In this document: positions 39,872-50,988 of the stretch, one piece after another
How the letters are laid out: every line of letters starts with the position of its first letter
Position numbering within the stretch: the first letter of the stretch is position 1
DNA from: Candidatus Cloacimonadales bacterium
GTDB taxonomy: Bacteria > Cloacimonadota > Cloacimonadia > Cloacimonadales > JAFGVF01
Length of the DNA: 64,000 bases
Assembly (NCBI GenBank): GCA_963663475.2
Contig: CAXXJV010000001.1
Span: 2,464,001-2,528,000, forward strand
Reading direction: 5' to 3'
The notes under the pieces: model-generated
What the model was told of the DNA's origin: nothing
Database searches by the model: none
The model's input: only the letters and a program-made list of their open reading frames with translations
Translations under genes and position numbers: made by a program

Positions 39872-42800
39872 TTATTTCATTAAGATCATTTTCTTAGTTG
39901 AGCTAAATTTGCCATTTCTCATTTTGTAGAAATAAAGGCCAGAAGCTACAGCTTTATTATTATTATCTCTACCATTCCAAACAACACTATGGTTACCAGC
40001 ATTTCTATAGTCATTAAGGAGAGTTTTTACCTTCTGTCCTTTAACATTATAGATATCAATTGAGACATTACCAGCTTCTTTAGTGGTAAAGGCAATTGAG
40101 GTTTCTGGATTAAATGGGTTTGGATAATTTTGAGCTAATGAATTTATTTGTGGAATATCTTCGACATGTTCATTATCAACACCGTCAGGAGTAGAGTCTA
40201 TTCTGAAGTTATCAACCATAAAGATAAAGGCATCATTACTTATACATTCAATTGCAAATCTTACAGTTGTACCAGTAAGTTCACTAACATTGAAGTTGTA
40301 AAGAGTCCATTCAGTTGGTGCTTCTAAATAATCAATACCTTGGTGAAGTGAATATTGGAAATCACTAACTTCACTACCACCAAGAGACATCTTAACTCTG
40401 AATTTTTCTAACCCAAACTCATCAGTATAAGACTTTGCATAGAAGGAAACAACTGATGTTGTTCCTACTGTGAATCTAGGTGTGATTATCCAGTCATCAT
40501 TCTGTCCTTCTGTAGAAGCAAATGATGTTAAGAACTTATCTCCACTTTGAGGAATCATATCTTCGATAGGTGGAGTAGTTGCTGAAGGATTAAAGACCAT
40601 ATAAGACATTGCTGAACCAGCATTATCATAATCAACATTACTAATAGTATAAGTATTTCCACCATCTATATCATATTGAATCCAACCAGGTAAGTTAAGG
40701 GTAAAGTCTTCATGATCATCAAAATCATCTCCCCATAATGGTTCACCAATATTATAGTAGATAATAATAGCAGTATTTGATGGTAGAGAGAAACCTTCAG
40801 GATCTTCATACATACCAACAACATGATAGTGGTATTCTGTACCTACAACCACATTAGCATCATGGTAAAGATTAGTTCCTATTGGGATCATTTCTTCAGT
40901 AATAACTTCACCATCTCTATAAATATGATAACCTGTAAGGTATCTTTCATAAGGAGGTTCAACCCAGGTTAATGCAACATAACCAGATTGATTAGAAGCT
41001 TCTAAGTTTAGAGGTGAATTGAAATCATAGTTATAATTAGCATCAACATAGAGATTATACAATCCTGTATCTTCTCTAGTTAATCTTTCATTTTCTCCAT
41101 TCTCATTCTTTCTTGTGTGAGGAGGTGTTGCACCTTGAGGGTTAACATTAGATTTGGCTACTCTAAGGAAGTAGTTACCACTTTGAGGTAGAACAAATTC
41201 AATATTTGAGCCATTATCAAGATAAACAGCTGGGTCAATTTCACTAGCATCGTTAGCTGGACCATAAAGCCACATAGAAGGATTTACATCTGAGCCACCA
41301 GCATCTTCTACTGAGCAAAGTAGAGTATCACTAATACCCATTGCAGGAATCTTATACCAATCAATATCACCAATAGGCATAATAGCATAAGTATCACCAT
41401 CAACAGGAAGAGTTAGTGTTGTAGCATCTTCTGGAACATCATTATTATCATCAGCATAAGCGTAACCAGAAATAACAACTTCATGAGTAACCCTAGTCGC
41501 ATCATCAACTATTTGGATGGTAGCAGACTTTGTTCCTTCTGAGTTAGGAGTGAAAGCTACACCAATAGTTGCGATGTCATTGAAAGGTAATACTAAAGGA
41601 TAAGTATTATTATCTGTTGTTATTGTAAATTGATCTGCATCATCTCCACCTAAAGTTGGGGCATTAGCAATTGTAACATCTTGGAGACCAATAGATCTCA
41701 TAGTGATAGTCTTTTCAACTGAATTACCATCTACAGGAGTCATCTCAAATAGACTATTAGTTGGATAAACTGTTAAATCTGGAGCATCAGGAATAGCACC
41801 AAACTCAAGTTGAATATTTGCATATGAATTACGTTGGTAGTTAGCTGTAGGTGGTGCAGCAGGATCTGGTACAGTAGAATCACTATAATAAACAAGAGAT
41901 CTTGTTAAATCACTAGCTGTACAATAGAATTCATCACCAGAGGCATGATACTGAGGAACAGTATGGAAAACGCCTACAACTAAGTTTTGACTATTATCAT
42001 AGATAAATGGAATATCTAATTCAAATTCCACCCAACCATCTTCTTGTGGAACTGTAATACTACCATTATAAACTTCCATTAGAGATTCAAAGCTAATCCA
42101 GGAATCTCCATCAGCGAAATCAACTTCTGAGGTTAAGCCCATGTAGATTTTCATATCATCTGGACCCCAAGCTGAGTTGCCATTATAATGCCAAGAGATC
42201 TTTTCAATACGTTGATCAGCAATACCAATCTCACCTGAGTAATAAATACTTTGTGACCAAGTATGTCTGTACCATGGTTCAAAAGGTATGCTTTGACCTG
42301 TTAGTTCACCATTACCAATGATAGCAATATTATCAGGTAAAGCAGGAAGGATAAAGGCACTTGTAGCAATTTCTATGGAAGGTATAGCAGTATCATTAGA
42401 TAGAATGTTAAAGCTTCCACTATAGGCACCTTCTGCTATTGGAGTAAGATTTACTTCAACAATTTGAGTTTCATTAGGAGCAATTGTTAATTCATTAGGT
42501 ATAAATATTAATTCATCTCCGTCTTGAGAGAAGTCAATTTCTAAAGGAGCTATACCCCAGTTTTGAATATTTAATTGAGCAACACCTGTTCTGTTTAAAT
42601 AAACATCTCCGAAGTTAAGAGTATCTTGAGTAACAACAATAGCTGGACCAGTAGGAATTGATTCTATAAAGAAGTTATCAATATATACTGAAAGATAAGT
42701 TGTACCTAATCCTAGATATTCTAATGCGATAAACTGGTCATCTTCAGGAGCAGTAGAGAAACCGTGTTGGAATTGTTGATATTCAGTAGTTAAGTAGACT

Positions 42801-45673
42801 GTATCACGAGCTGTGAAGTTAATATCTCCACTATTATTTGAAGCAGTACCAATGATTATTCCAGCACCAGCTGTAGAAGATTTAGCCATAAATCTTATTC
42901 TTCTTGCAGTTAAGTTATTTATAGGAGGAGTAATAGCAGTAATTTGAGCTTCAGTATCAGAAGAATTATAAAATCTAAAACTTCTTTCTCCTTCAAAAGC
43001 AGAAGTATTAACTGCTGCGTTAGCATAATCTGTTGTACTATTAACGACAGTTGACCAGTCTAAAGGAAGAGCACCAGTATCATAGCCTTCAAATCCTTCA
43101 AAATGAGGAAAATCTGATATCATAGCATCATAACCATTTCCTGCTAAAGGAATAATAGTTTCAGATCCTTGATCATCGGTAATTGTAAGATTTGCTGTAA
43201 AATCTCCTTCAGTTAATGGATGGAAGTTCACACCAATAACTACAGGAGCATTTGTTATGTTTAGAGGGTATTCATTATTATCAACAAGAATGAAATCAGT
43301 AGTTTGATCAAGCACTACACTATTAATAGTTAAAGTGCCTAAACCAATATTACGTATGGTAATTTCAACTAGAGAAGAAGTGTTTAAGATAGTCGCAGGA
43401 TAAGTCCACTCGAGAGGTGTTATCAGTGCAACAGGTCCTGTAGGCATTTCTTCTATTGAAAGGTCATCAATATAAACATAGTCATAGGTATTTAAGAAAG
43501 CATCAGCTTTAAAAACGATAAATTGGTTATTATCATTTTCAACATTAAGGTTAACAAAGAATTCTTGATATTCTGTAGTTAAAGTTAATGTTTCAACTAA
43601 TTCAAAGTTATCAATATTAGAGTTACTATCGCATACACCAACTTTAAGTTGAGTATTTTCATCAGATGATTTAGCATAGACTCTTATTCTTTTTGTAGTA
43701 AGTCCAGAAACTGGAGGAGTAAAAGCAATTAAATCAGCTTCCAAATCACCTGAATTATAGAATCTAAATGAATTATCTCCTGTATTTGGATTTGATGTTA
43801 TAACCCCAACCGAAGCATAACTAGATGTTGAGTTTAATATAGAATTCCAATCTTGAGGTAAGGTATTTGCTTCAAGACCTTCGAATCCTTCAAGGTGAGG
43901 GAAATCATAGATCATAGCATCATAACCACTACCACTTAAAGGAATTATAGTATCACCATTTTCTGCATCATTGATAGTAAGGTTAGCAGTAAAATCTCCC
44001 ACAGTTAAAGGATGGAAGGTAACTGTAAACTGTGCTGTATCATCTGTAAGATTTAAAGGATAAGAATTATCATCAACCATGATAAAGTCAGTAGTTTGAT
44101 CTATTGAAATACTATTAACAGTAAGTGTACCTAGGCCAGTATTTCTCATTGTGAAAGTAACAGTATTTGCAGAAGAATTTATAATAGTATCATCCCAACT
44201 ATATTCTTCAGGTGTTACCATAAGTTGAGGTGTGGTTGGGATATCGCCAACAGTTAAGAGAATGTTAGGTATATATGGGTGAGCAGTACCACTTTGCGGA
44301 GTAATAAAATCACTATTTGTACTATCAGAATAATAATAAATACTCTTTGTTCCATTAGTGGCTGTACATAAGAACTCATCGTTTGAAGAAGAGTAACCTT
44401 GAGTATTTGATTCAAAACCAATGACTAAATTATCTTCATTATTATAGTTAAAAGGAACAGATAATGGTATAGTTACCCATCCTTCTTCAGCTGGAACTGT
44501 TAAAGGTCCATCATAACATAAAACAAAAGTATCGAGAGGTAACCAAGAGTCACCATCAGTAAAAGTATCTAAATCTGTGTGCCCAAGGTAAAGTTGAACA
44601 TTGTCTTCAGTCCAAGCAGAATTACCATTATAATAGTATGAAACTTGTTCAATTCTTTGATTGTCAATATTTAACCATTCTTGATCATAGATTGATTGTG
44701 AAATAGTATAACCATAGAAGGGTTCCATTGGTAGATGTTGATTAGTCTCAGCTCCGTTACCAATAACTATTGATCCTTCTTCAGCAGCTGTTGAGAAAGA
44801 CCATATAGGAGTATAAACAAGATACTCAGAGATATTGTTACCAGAAACTATTTTCCAATAATAGTTGGTTAAAGGCTCTAGATTATCTAGGGTATAAGTT
44901 TCTTGAGTGTACTCATCAGCAACAAGGGCATTTGCGTCCATATCAGCAACTTCACTAAATTCAGAGCTAAAATAAACTTTAACCCAATCAGTATCTTCTC
45001 CGTTTGTCCATGCAAGTTCAACAGGTGGAGTAAGATTCATTGAGCCATTTTCAGGTGCAGTTAAAGTAGCCATTCCAGGTTCATTTTCAGCAGTGAAATG
45101 AAAACGAGTATTTGGAAATACTGATGAAAGAGTTCCTGCTGTTGTAGGGAAAGTTCCATCTGCATATTTATAAACAGCTTGTTGAGGTGTAGCTGTAGTT
45201 GCTAAGAAATTTGGGTAACCAGTTGTGTAAGAACCGTCGTTATTCAATACTAAGATTTCTAAGTTATCGGTTCCATTATATTCGAAAGAGCTGTCTAAAG
45301 TAATATCAAACCATCCCCCACCATTATAAGTTAAGTCTCCATTGAAGACTAATTCATAAGAGTCATCTGTTGTTGGATCAACATATTCTGTCGATAAGAT
45401 TGATGAATCAGTAGTGTGTTTAATATAGAATGATTGGTTTAGCATATTGTAGTTGCTAGGTGAGTTTCCGACATGATAAGATATGGTGTTAATCTCCATT
45501 TCGTTAATTAAATCTGTTTGGAGATAAATTGTTCTCGACCAACCGTAATCGTAATATCCATAAGCTGGGATATAGTTGGTAGTTTCACTTCCAGTTCCTA
45601 CTTCTACATAAATAGCATTTGCTGCTAAAGCGAGAAGCATTAAAATAGCCACGAAAAATAATTTCTTTCGCAT
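39872..45673 (-). CDS. Large secreted adhesin-like protein, paralog B (one extra ASH + beta-sandwich module, +263 aa)
   Basis: Same architecture as paralog A, with an internal duplication of the 'TP.E..W..TI.N...GYDAMI.DFPH.EGFE' unit. Confidence 0.85.
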   Translation of the reverse strand: MRKKLFFVAILMLLALAANAIYVEVGTGSETTNYIPAYGYYDYGWSRTIYLQTDLINEMEINTISYHVGNSPSNYNMLNQSFYIKHTTDSSILSTEYVDPTTDDSYELVFNGDLTYNGGGWFDITLDSSFEYNGTDNLEILVLNNDGSYTTGYPNFLATTATPQQAVYKYADGTFPTTAGTLSSVFPNTRFHFTAENEPGMATLTAPENGSMNLTPPVELAWTNGEDTDWVKVYFSSEFSEVADMDANALVADEYTQETYTLDNLEPLTNYYWKIVSGNNISEYLVYTPIWSFSTAAEEGSIVIGNGAETNQHLPMEPFYGYTISQSIYDQEWLNIDNQRIEQVSYYYNGNSAWTEDNVQLYLGHTDLDTFTDGDSWLPLDTFVLCYDGPLTVPAEEGWVTIPLSVPFNYNNEDNLVIGFESNTQGYSSSNDEFLCTATNGTKSIYYYSDSTNSDFITPQSGTAHPYIPNILLTVGDIPTTPQLMVTPEEYSWDDTIINSSANTVTFTMRNTGLGTLTVNSISIDQTTDFIMVDDNSYPLNLTDDTAQFTVTFHPLTVGDFTANLTINDAENGDTIIPLSGSGYDAMIYDFPHLEGFEGLEANTLPQDWNSILNSTSSYASVGVITSNPNTGDNSFRFYNSGDLEADLIAFTPPVSGLTTKRIRVYAKSSDENTQLKVGVCDSNSNIDNFELVETLTLTTEYQEFFVNLNVENDNNQFIVFKADAFLNTYDYVYIDDLSIEEMPTGPVALITPLEWTYPATILNTSSLVEITIRNIGLGTLTINSVVLDQTTDFILVDNNEYPLNITNAPVVIGVNFHPLTEGDFTANLTITDDQGSETIIPLAGNGYDAMISDFPHFEGFEGYDTGALPLDWSTVVNSTTDYANAAVNTSAFEGERSFRFYNSSDTEAQITAITPPINNLTARRIRFMAKSSTAGAGIIIGTASNNSGDINFTARDTVYLTTEYQQFQHGFSTAPEDDQFIALEYLGLGTTYLSVYIDNFFIESIPTGPAIVVTQDTLNFGDVYLNRTGVAQLNIQNWGIAPLEIDFSQDGDELIFIPNELTIAPNETQIVEVNLTPIAEGAYSGSFNILSNDTAIPSIEIATSAFILPALPDNIAIIGNGELTGQSIPFEPWYRHTWSQSIYYSGEIGIADQRIEKISWHYNGNSAWGPDDMKIYMGLTSEVDFADGDSWISFESLMEVYNGSITVPQEDGWVEFELDIPFIYDNSQNLVVGVFHTVPQYHASGDEFYCTASDLTRSLVYYSDSTVPDPAAPPTANYQRNSYANIQLEFGAIPDAPDLTVYPTNSLFEMTPVDGNSVEKTITMRSIGLQDVTIANAPTLGGDDADQFTITTDNNTYPLVLPFNDIATIGVAFTPNSEGTKSATIQIVDDATRVTHEVVISGYAYADDNNDVPEDATTLTLPVDGDTYAIMPIGDIDWYKIPAMGISDTLLCSVEDAGGSDVNPSMWLYGPANDASEIDPAVYLDNGSNIEFVLPQSGNYFLRVAKSNVNPQGATPPHTRKNENGENERLTREDTGLYNLYVDANYNYDFNSPLNLEASNQSGYVALTWVEPPYERYLTGYHIYRDGEVITEEMIPIGTNLYHDANVVVGTEYHYHVVGMYEDPEGFSLPSNTAIIIYYNIGEPLWGDDFDDHEDFTLNLPGWIQYDIDGGNTYTISNVDYDNAGSAMSYMVFNPSATTPPIEDMIPQSGDKFLTSFASTEGQNDDWIITPRFTVGTTSVVSFYAKSYTDEFGLEKFRVKMSLGGSEVSDFQYSLHQGIDYLEAPTEWTLYNFNVSELTGTTVRFAIECISNDAFIFMVDNFRIDSTPDGVDNEHVEDIPQINSLAQNYPNPFNPETSIAFTTKEAGNVSIDIYNVKGQKVKTLLNDYRNAGNHSVVWNGRDNNNKAVASGLYFYKMRNGKFSSTKKMILMK

Positions 45674-45921
45674 AGTCACTCCTTTTTCTTTTTCCTTAAT
45701 TTTGAGTTGTGCTTTTTATTTCATTTTAAGAATTCGAATTTATTAGTGCTTAGTTAATTTCTACGATAGAATTTTCACATTAACTCTAGTAGTTTAGAAG
45801 AAAATATAGGCTAAAGTATGAAAGAGATCATTGAACTTCTAAACTACTATAATGTCTATATACGAAATATCGATTTAATTAAAAATTTGGCAAGAACTTT
45901 TTTAACTTTTTTTCCATAATG

Positions 45922-45945
45922 AAAAGGCCCTGAAAATCAGGGCCT
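45922..45945 (-). terminator. Intrinsic terminator of paralog C
   Basis: aaaaggccctga-aaa-tcagggcct. Confidence 0.8.
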
Positions 45946-45975
45946 ATATTTTTATTTCTTACTTGTTAGGTAAGC

Positions 45976-48900
45976 TTATTTCATTAAGATCATTTTCTTA
46001 GTTGAGCTAAATTTGCCATTTCTCATTTTGTAGAAATAAAGGCCAGAAGCTACAGCTTTATTATTATCATCTCTACCATTCCAAACAACACTATGGTTAC
46101 CAGCATTTCTATAGTCATTAAGGAGAGTTTTTACCTTCTGTCCTTTAACATTATAGATATCAATTGAGACATTACCAGCTTCTTTAGTAGTAAAGGCAAT
46201 TGAAGTTTCTGGATTAAATGGGTTTGGATAGTTTTGAGCTAATGAATTTATTTGTGGAATATCTTCTACATGTTCATTATCAACACCGTCAGGAGTAGAG
46301 TCTATTCTGAAGTTATCAACCATAAAGATAAAGGCATCATTACTTATACATTCAATAGCAAATCTTACAGTTGTACCAGTAAGTTCACTAACATTGAAGT
46401 TGTAAAGAGTCCATTCAGTTGGTGCTTCTAAATAATCAATACCTTGGTGAAGTGAGTATTGGAAATCACTAGCTTCACTACCACCAAGAGACATCTTAAC
46501 TCTGAATTTTTCTAACCCAAACTCATCAGTATAAGACTTTGCATAGAAGGAAACAACTGATGTTGTTCCTACTGTGAATCTAGGTGTGATTATCCAGTCA
46601 TCATTCTGTCCTTCTGTAGAAGCAAATGATGTTAAGAATTTATCTCCACTTTGAGGAATCATATCTTCAATAGGTGGAGTAGTTGCTGAAGGATTAAAGA
46701 CCATATAAGACATTGCTGAACCAGCATTATCATAATCAACATTACTAATAGTATAAGTATTTCCACCATCTATATCATGCTGAATCCAACCAGGTAAGTT
46801 AAGGGTAAAGTCTTCATGATCATCAAAATCATCTCCCCATAATGGTTCACCAATATTATAGTAGATAATAATAGCAGTATTTGATGGTAGGGAGAAACCT
46901 TCAGGATCTTCATACATACCAACAACATGATAGTGGTATTCTGTACCTACAACCACATTAGCATCATGGTAGAGATTAGTTCCAATTGGGATCATTTCTT
47001 CAGTAATAACTTCACCATCTCTATAAATATGATAACCTGTTAGGTATCTTTCATAAGGAGGTTCAACCCAGGTTAATGCAACATAACCAGATTGATTAGA
47101 AGCTTCTAAGTTTAGAGGTGAATTGAAATCATAGTTATAATTAGCATCAACATAGAGATTATACAATCCTGTATCTTCTCTAGTTAATCTTTCATTTTCT
47201 CCATTCTCATTCTTTCTTGTGTGTGGAGGTGTTGCACCTTGAGGGTAAACATTAGATTTGGCTACTCTAAGGTAGTAGTTACCACTTTGAGGTAGAACAA
47301 ATTCAATATTTGAGCCATTATCAAGATAAACAGCTGGGTCAATTTCACTAGCATCGTTAGCTGGACCATAAAGCCACATAGAAGGATTTACATCTGAGCC
47401 ACCAGCATCTTCTACTGAGCAAAGTAGAGTATCACTAATACCCATTGCAGGGATTAGATACCAATCAATATCACCAATAGGCATAATAGCATAAGTATCA
47501 CCATCAACAGGAAGAGTTAATGTAACAGCATCTTCCGGAACATCATTATTATCATCAGCATAAGCGTAACCAGAAATAACAACTTCATGAGTAACTCTAG
47601 TTGCATCATCAACTATTTGGATGGTAGCAGACTTCGTTCCTTCTGAGTTAGGAGTGAAAGCTACACCAATAGTAGCAATATTATTGAAAGGTAATACTAA
47701 AGGATAAGTATTATTATCTGTTGTTATTGTAAATTGATCTGCATCATCTCCACCTAAAGTTGGAGCATTAGCAATTGTTACATCTTGGAGACCAATAGAT
47801 CTCATAGTAATAGTCTTTTCAACTGAATTACCATCTACAGGAGTCATCTCAAATAGACTATTAGTAGGATAAACTGTTAAATCTGGAGCATCAGGAATAT
47901 CACCAAATTCAAGTTTTATATTAGCAAAGGCATCTCTAATATAATTTGCACTTGGTGGTGCGACAGGATCAGGATTTGTGGAATCGCTATAATAAATAAT
48001 ACCTCGAGTGGAGTTAGAAGGGGTACAATAGAAGTCATTATCACTTGAATGATAACCAGGGGTATCTTCTTCAACAGCAACTACAAGGTTTTGGGTATTA
48101 TCATAGACGAATGGAATATCTAATTCAAATTCAATCCAACCATCTTCTGCTGGGGCATTTAGAGTACCAGTATAAACTTGCATAAACTCACCAATATCAA
48201 TCCAGTCTTCATTATTAGCAAATTCATTCATATCTGTATGAGCCATGTATATTTTGAAATCATCTGGACCAAAAGCCCCAGTTCCATTATAATGCCAGGA
48301 AATTTTTTCAATACGAGAATCAGTAATTCCTATCTCATTAGCATAATAGATTACTTGCGAATAGGTATAGCCATAATATGGTTCAATTGGCATATTCAAA
48401 TTCGTAGCAGTACCTGTACCAATAACAGCGATATTATCAGGTAATGCCGGTAATATAAAAGCATCTGTATATATAGTTATTGATTCATTATTAGTATCAT
48501 TAGAAGTAACAGTAAATGAACCAGAATAATCTCCTTCAGCAATTGGGTTTAAACTAACATCTATGATTTCACTAGTTTCAGGTTCGATTGTAAGAGTTGT
48601 TGGATTGAAAGTAAGTTCAGTACCTGTAGAAGAAAGTTGGATTTCTAAATCACTTACACCCCAGTTTTCTACAGTGAGGTTACTTACGCCTGTCCTGTTC
48701 AAATAAACATCTCCGAAGTGAAGAGTGTCTTGGATAACTACTATAGCAGGACCAGTAGGAATATATTCAATAAAGAAATTATCTATATATTGGGTAACAT
48801 AAGTACCACCTGTTCCTAAATATTTAAGAACAATAAAACTAGCATTTTCATCAACACCAGCAAAATTTTGTACATACTGTTGCCAATCTGAACTAAAGGT

Positions 48901-50988
48901 AATAGTATCAATTGCAGTGAAATTTAACTCACCAACATTGTTATGAGCTACACCAACAACAATCTGTCCACCATCAGTAGATGATTTCCCCATAAAACGA
49001 ATACGTTTTGTAGTAAGGTCGTCTATAGGTGGAGTAATAGCATAGAGGTCAGGGTTTGTAGCATCAGCATTGTATAATCTTAACGTAGATGGACTTTCAT
49101 AACCACCGTAAGTATTTACTCCAACAGCAGAATATGTTGCAGCGTTTTCTATTACTGAAGCCCAATCTTGAGGAAGTTGTCCAATTTCGACATCTTCAAA
49201 ACCTTCAAAATGAGGGAAATCATAAATCATAGCATCATAGCCAGAACCAGTAAGTGGTATCACTGTATCACCGTTTTCTGCATCATTAATAGTAATGTTA
49301 GCAGTAAAATCTCCCACACTTTGTGGATTAAAAGCAACAGAAAAATGTCCAACATTATCTGTAATTTCTAAAGGGTAAGTATTATCATCTGTAAAGATGA
49401 AATCACTTGTTTGGTCAATAGTTACGCTATTAATTGTTAAAGTTCCTAAACCAGTATTTCTCATTGAGAAAGTTGTAGCATTTGTGACAGTATTTATTAT
49501 TGTATCATCCCAGTTATATTCTTCAGGGGTTATCATCAACTGAGGAGTAGTTGGTATATCACCCATTGTAAGAAGAATGTTTGCTATAAATGCTTGAGTA
49601 GTTCCAGTTGGAGGGGAAATAAAACCATAATTAGTTACATCATTATAGTGGTAAATACTTTTATTTCCATTCGTTGAAGTAGCATGAAACTCGTCGCTTG
49701 ATGAAGTATAACCTTGTGTATTAGCTTCAAAAGCAATAACTAAATTGTCATTATTGTTATAATTAAAAGGTATGGTTAAAGCTAGTGTAACCCATCCCTC
49801 TTCAGCTGGAACTGATAAAGGGCCATCATAACACAAGACAAAATCATTAATATCAAGCCAAGAATCACCATCCGCAAAGGCGTCTATTTGAGTATGACCT
49901 AAATATAATTGCACATTATCTTCTGTCCAAGCGCTATTACCATTATAATAGAAAGATACTTGTTCTATTCTTTGGTCTTCAATATTTAACCATTCTTGAT
50001 CATAGATCATTTGTGTAAGTGAATAACCATAAAAAGGTTCCATAGGCAGGTGTGTATTTGCCTCTGTTCCGTTACCAATAACAATTGATCCCTCTTCTGC
50101 ACTTGTAGCAAATGACCAGATTGGAGAAGGTGTAGTGAATTCAATCAAGTTATTTCCTGCTTCAATTCTCCAATAATAAGTTGTTAAGGGATTTAGATCA
50201 TCAGTAGTTATTGTTTGCTGGGTATATTCTTCTGAGATTAGGGCTGCTTCTGTCATATCACTAACATCAGTATATACATCACTTAAATAAACGTTAACCC
50301 AATCAGTATTAACTCCATTTGTCCAAGTTAGTTCAACAGGAGATGATTGATTGAAAGAACCATTAGCAGGACTTGCTAATGTTGGGAGTCCTGGTTCATT
50401 TTCTGAAAGGTAATGGAATCTAGTATTTGGGAATACAGGAGATAACTGACCGTCTGCAGCAGGAAATGTTCCATCAGAATAACTAAAACAAGCCATTTCA
50501 GGTGAAGCTGAAGTAGCTGTAAAAATTGGTTGTGAAGATGCATAAGATCCATCATTATTAATAACTAAAACTTCTAAGTTATCACTACCATTGTAAGTAA
50601 AAGTTTGATCAAAAATTATATCAAACCAGCCTGTTCCATTATAAGTTAAAGTACCACTGAAAACTTCAGTATATGTTTCATCAGTAGTAGGATCAATATA
50701 TGTTGGATTTACGAAGTTTTCCTCGGTAGTATTTTTTAAATAGAAAGTCTGGTTAAGCATCTCATAGTTGCTAGGTGTGTTGTTTACATGATAAGAAAGT
50801 TTGTTAATTTCCATCTCATTCTCTAAATCTGCGGCAGGATAAATAGTCCGTGACCAACCGTAATCATACCAGCCATATGCTGGGATATAACTAGAGGTCT
50901 CATTTCCATCACCAACCTGTACAAAGACTGCATTTAAGGACATTATCAAGGTTAATAATGTTAAAACAACAATCATTTTCTTTTGCAT
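45976..50988 (-). CDS. Large secreted adhesin-like protein, paralog C
   Basis: Same architecture and length as paralog A; last ~635 aa nearly identical to A and B. Confidence 0.85.
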   Translation of the reverse strand: MQKKMIVVLTLLTLIMSLNAVFVQVGDGNETSSYIPAYGWYDYGWSRTIYPAADLENEMEINKLSYHVNNTPSNYEMLNQTFYLKNTTEENFVNPTYIDPTTDETYTEVFSGTLTYNGTGWFDIIFDQTFTYNGSDNLEVLVINNDGSYASSQPIFTATSASPEMACFSYSDGTFPAADGQLSPVFPNTRFHYLSENEPGLPTLASPANGSFNQSSPVELTWTNGVNTDWVNVYLSDVYTDVSDMTEAALISEEYTQQTITTDDLNPLTTYYWRIEAGNNLIEFTTPSPIWSFATSAEEGSIVIGNGTEANTHLPMEPFYGYSLTQMIYDQEWLNIEDQRIEQVSFYYNGNSAWTEDNVQLYLGHTQIDAFADGDSWLDINDFVLCYDGPLSVPAEEGWVTLALTIPFNYNNNDNLVIAFEANTQGYTSSSDEFHATSTNGNKSIYHYNDVTNYGFISPPTGTTQAFIANILLTMGDIPTTPQLMITPEEYNWDDTIINTVTNATTFSMRNTGLGTLTINSVTIDQTSDFIFTDDNTYPLEITDNVGHFSVAFNPQSVGDFTANITINDAENGDTVIPLTGSGYDAMIYDFPHFEGFEDVEIGQLPQDWASVIENAATYSAVGVNTYGGYESPSTLRLYNADATNPDLYAITPPIDDLTTKRIRFMGKSSTDGGQIVVGVAHNNVGELNFTAIDTITFSSDWQQYVQNFAGVDENASFIVLKYLGTGGTYVTQYIDNFFIEYIPTGPAIVVIQDTLHFGDVYLNRTGVSNLTVENWGVSDLEIQLSSTGTELTFNPTTLTIEPETSEIIDVSLNPIAEGDYSGSFTVTSNDTNNESITIYTDAFILPALPDNIAVIGTGTATNLNMPIEPYYGYTYSQVIYYANEIGITDSRIEKISWHYNGTGAFGPDDFKIYMAHTDMNEFANNEDWIDIGEFMQVYTGTLNAPAEDGWIEFELDIPFVYDNTQNLVVAVEEDTPGYHSSDNDFYCTPSNSTRGIIYYSDSTNPDPVAPPSANYIRDAFANIKLEFGDIPDAPDLTVYPTNSLFEMTPVDGNSVEKTITMRSIGLQDVTIANAPTLGGDDADQFTITTDNNTYPLVLPFNNIATIGVAFTPNSEGTKSATIQIVDDATRVTHEVVISGYAYADDNNDVPEDAVTLTLPVDGDTYAIMPIGDIDWYLIPAMGISDTLLCSVEDAGGSDVNPSMWLYGPANDASEIDPAVYLDNGSNIEFVLPQSGNYYLRVAKSNVYPQGATPPHTRKNENGENERLTREDTGLYNLYVDANYNYDFNSPLNLEASNQSGYVALTWVEPPYERYLTGYHIYRDGEVITEEMIPIGTNLYHDANVVVGTEYHYHVVGMYEDPEGFSLPSNTAIIIYYNIGEPLWGDDFDDHEDFTLNLPGWIQHDIDGGNTYTISNVDYDNAGSAMSYMVFNPSATTPPIEDMIPQSGDKFLTSFASTEGQNDDWIITPRFTVGTTSVVSFYAKSYTDEFGLEKFRVKMSLGGSEASDFQYSLHQGIDYLEAPTEWTLYNFNVSELTGTTVRFAIECISNDAFIFMVDNFRIDSTPDGVDNEHVEDIPQINSLAQNYPNPFNPETSIAFTTKEAGNVSIDIYNVKGQKVKTLLNDYRNAGNHSVVWNGRDDNNKAVASGLYFYKMRNGKFSSTKKMILMK

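Noticed and set aside
34309-47910. Diversity-generating retroelement (TR/VR) explanation for the near-identical 3' ends
   Set aside because: No reverse transcriptase in the window; the repeats are kilobases long and coding in all copies; differences are sparse and not confined to adenines (e.g. GCA/GTA).
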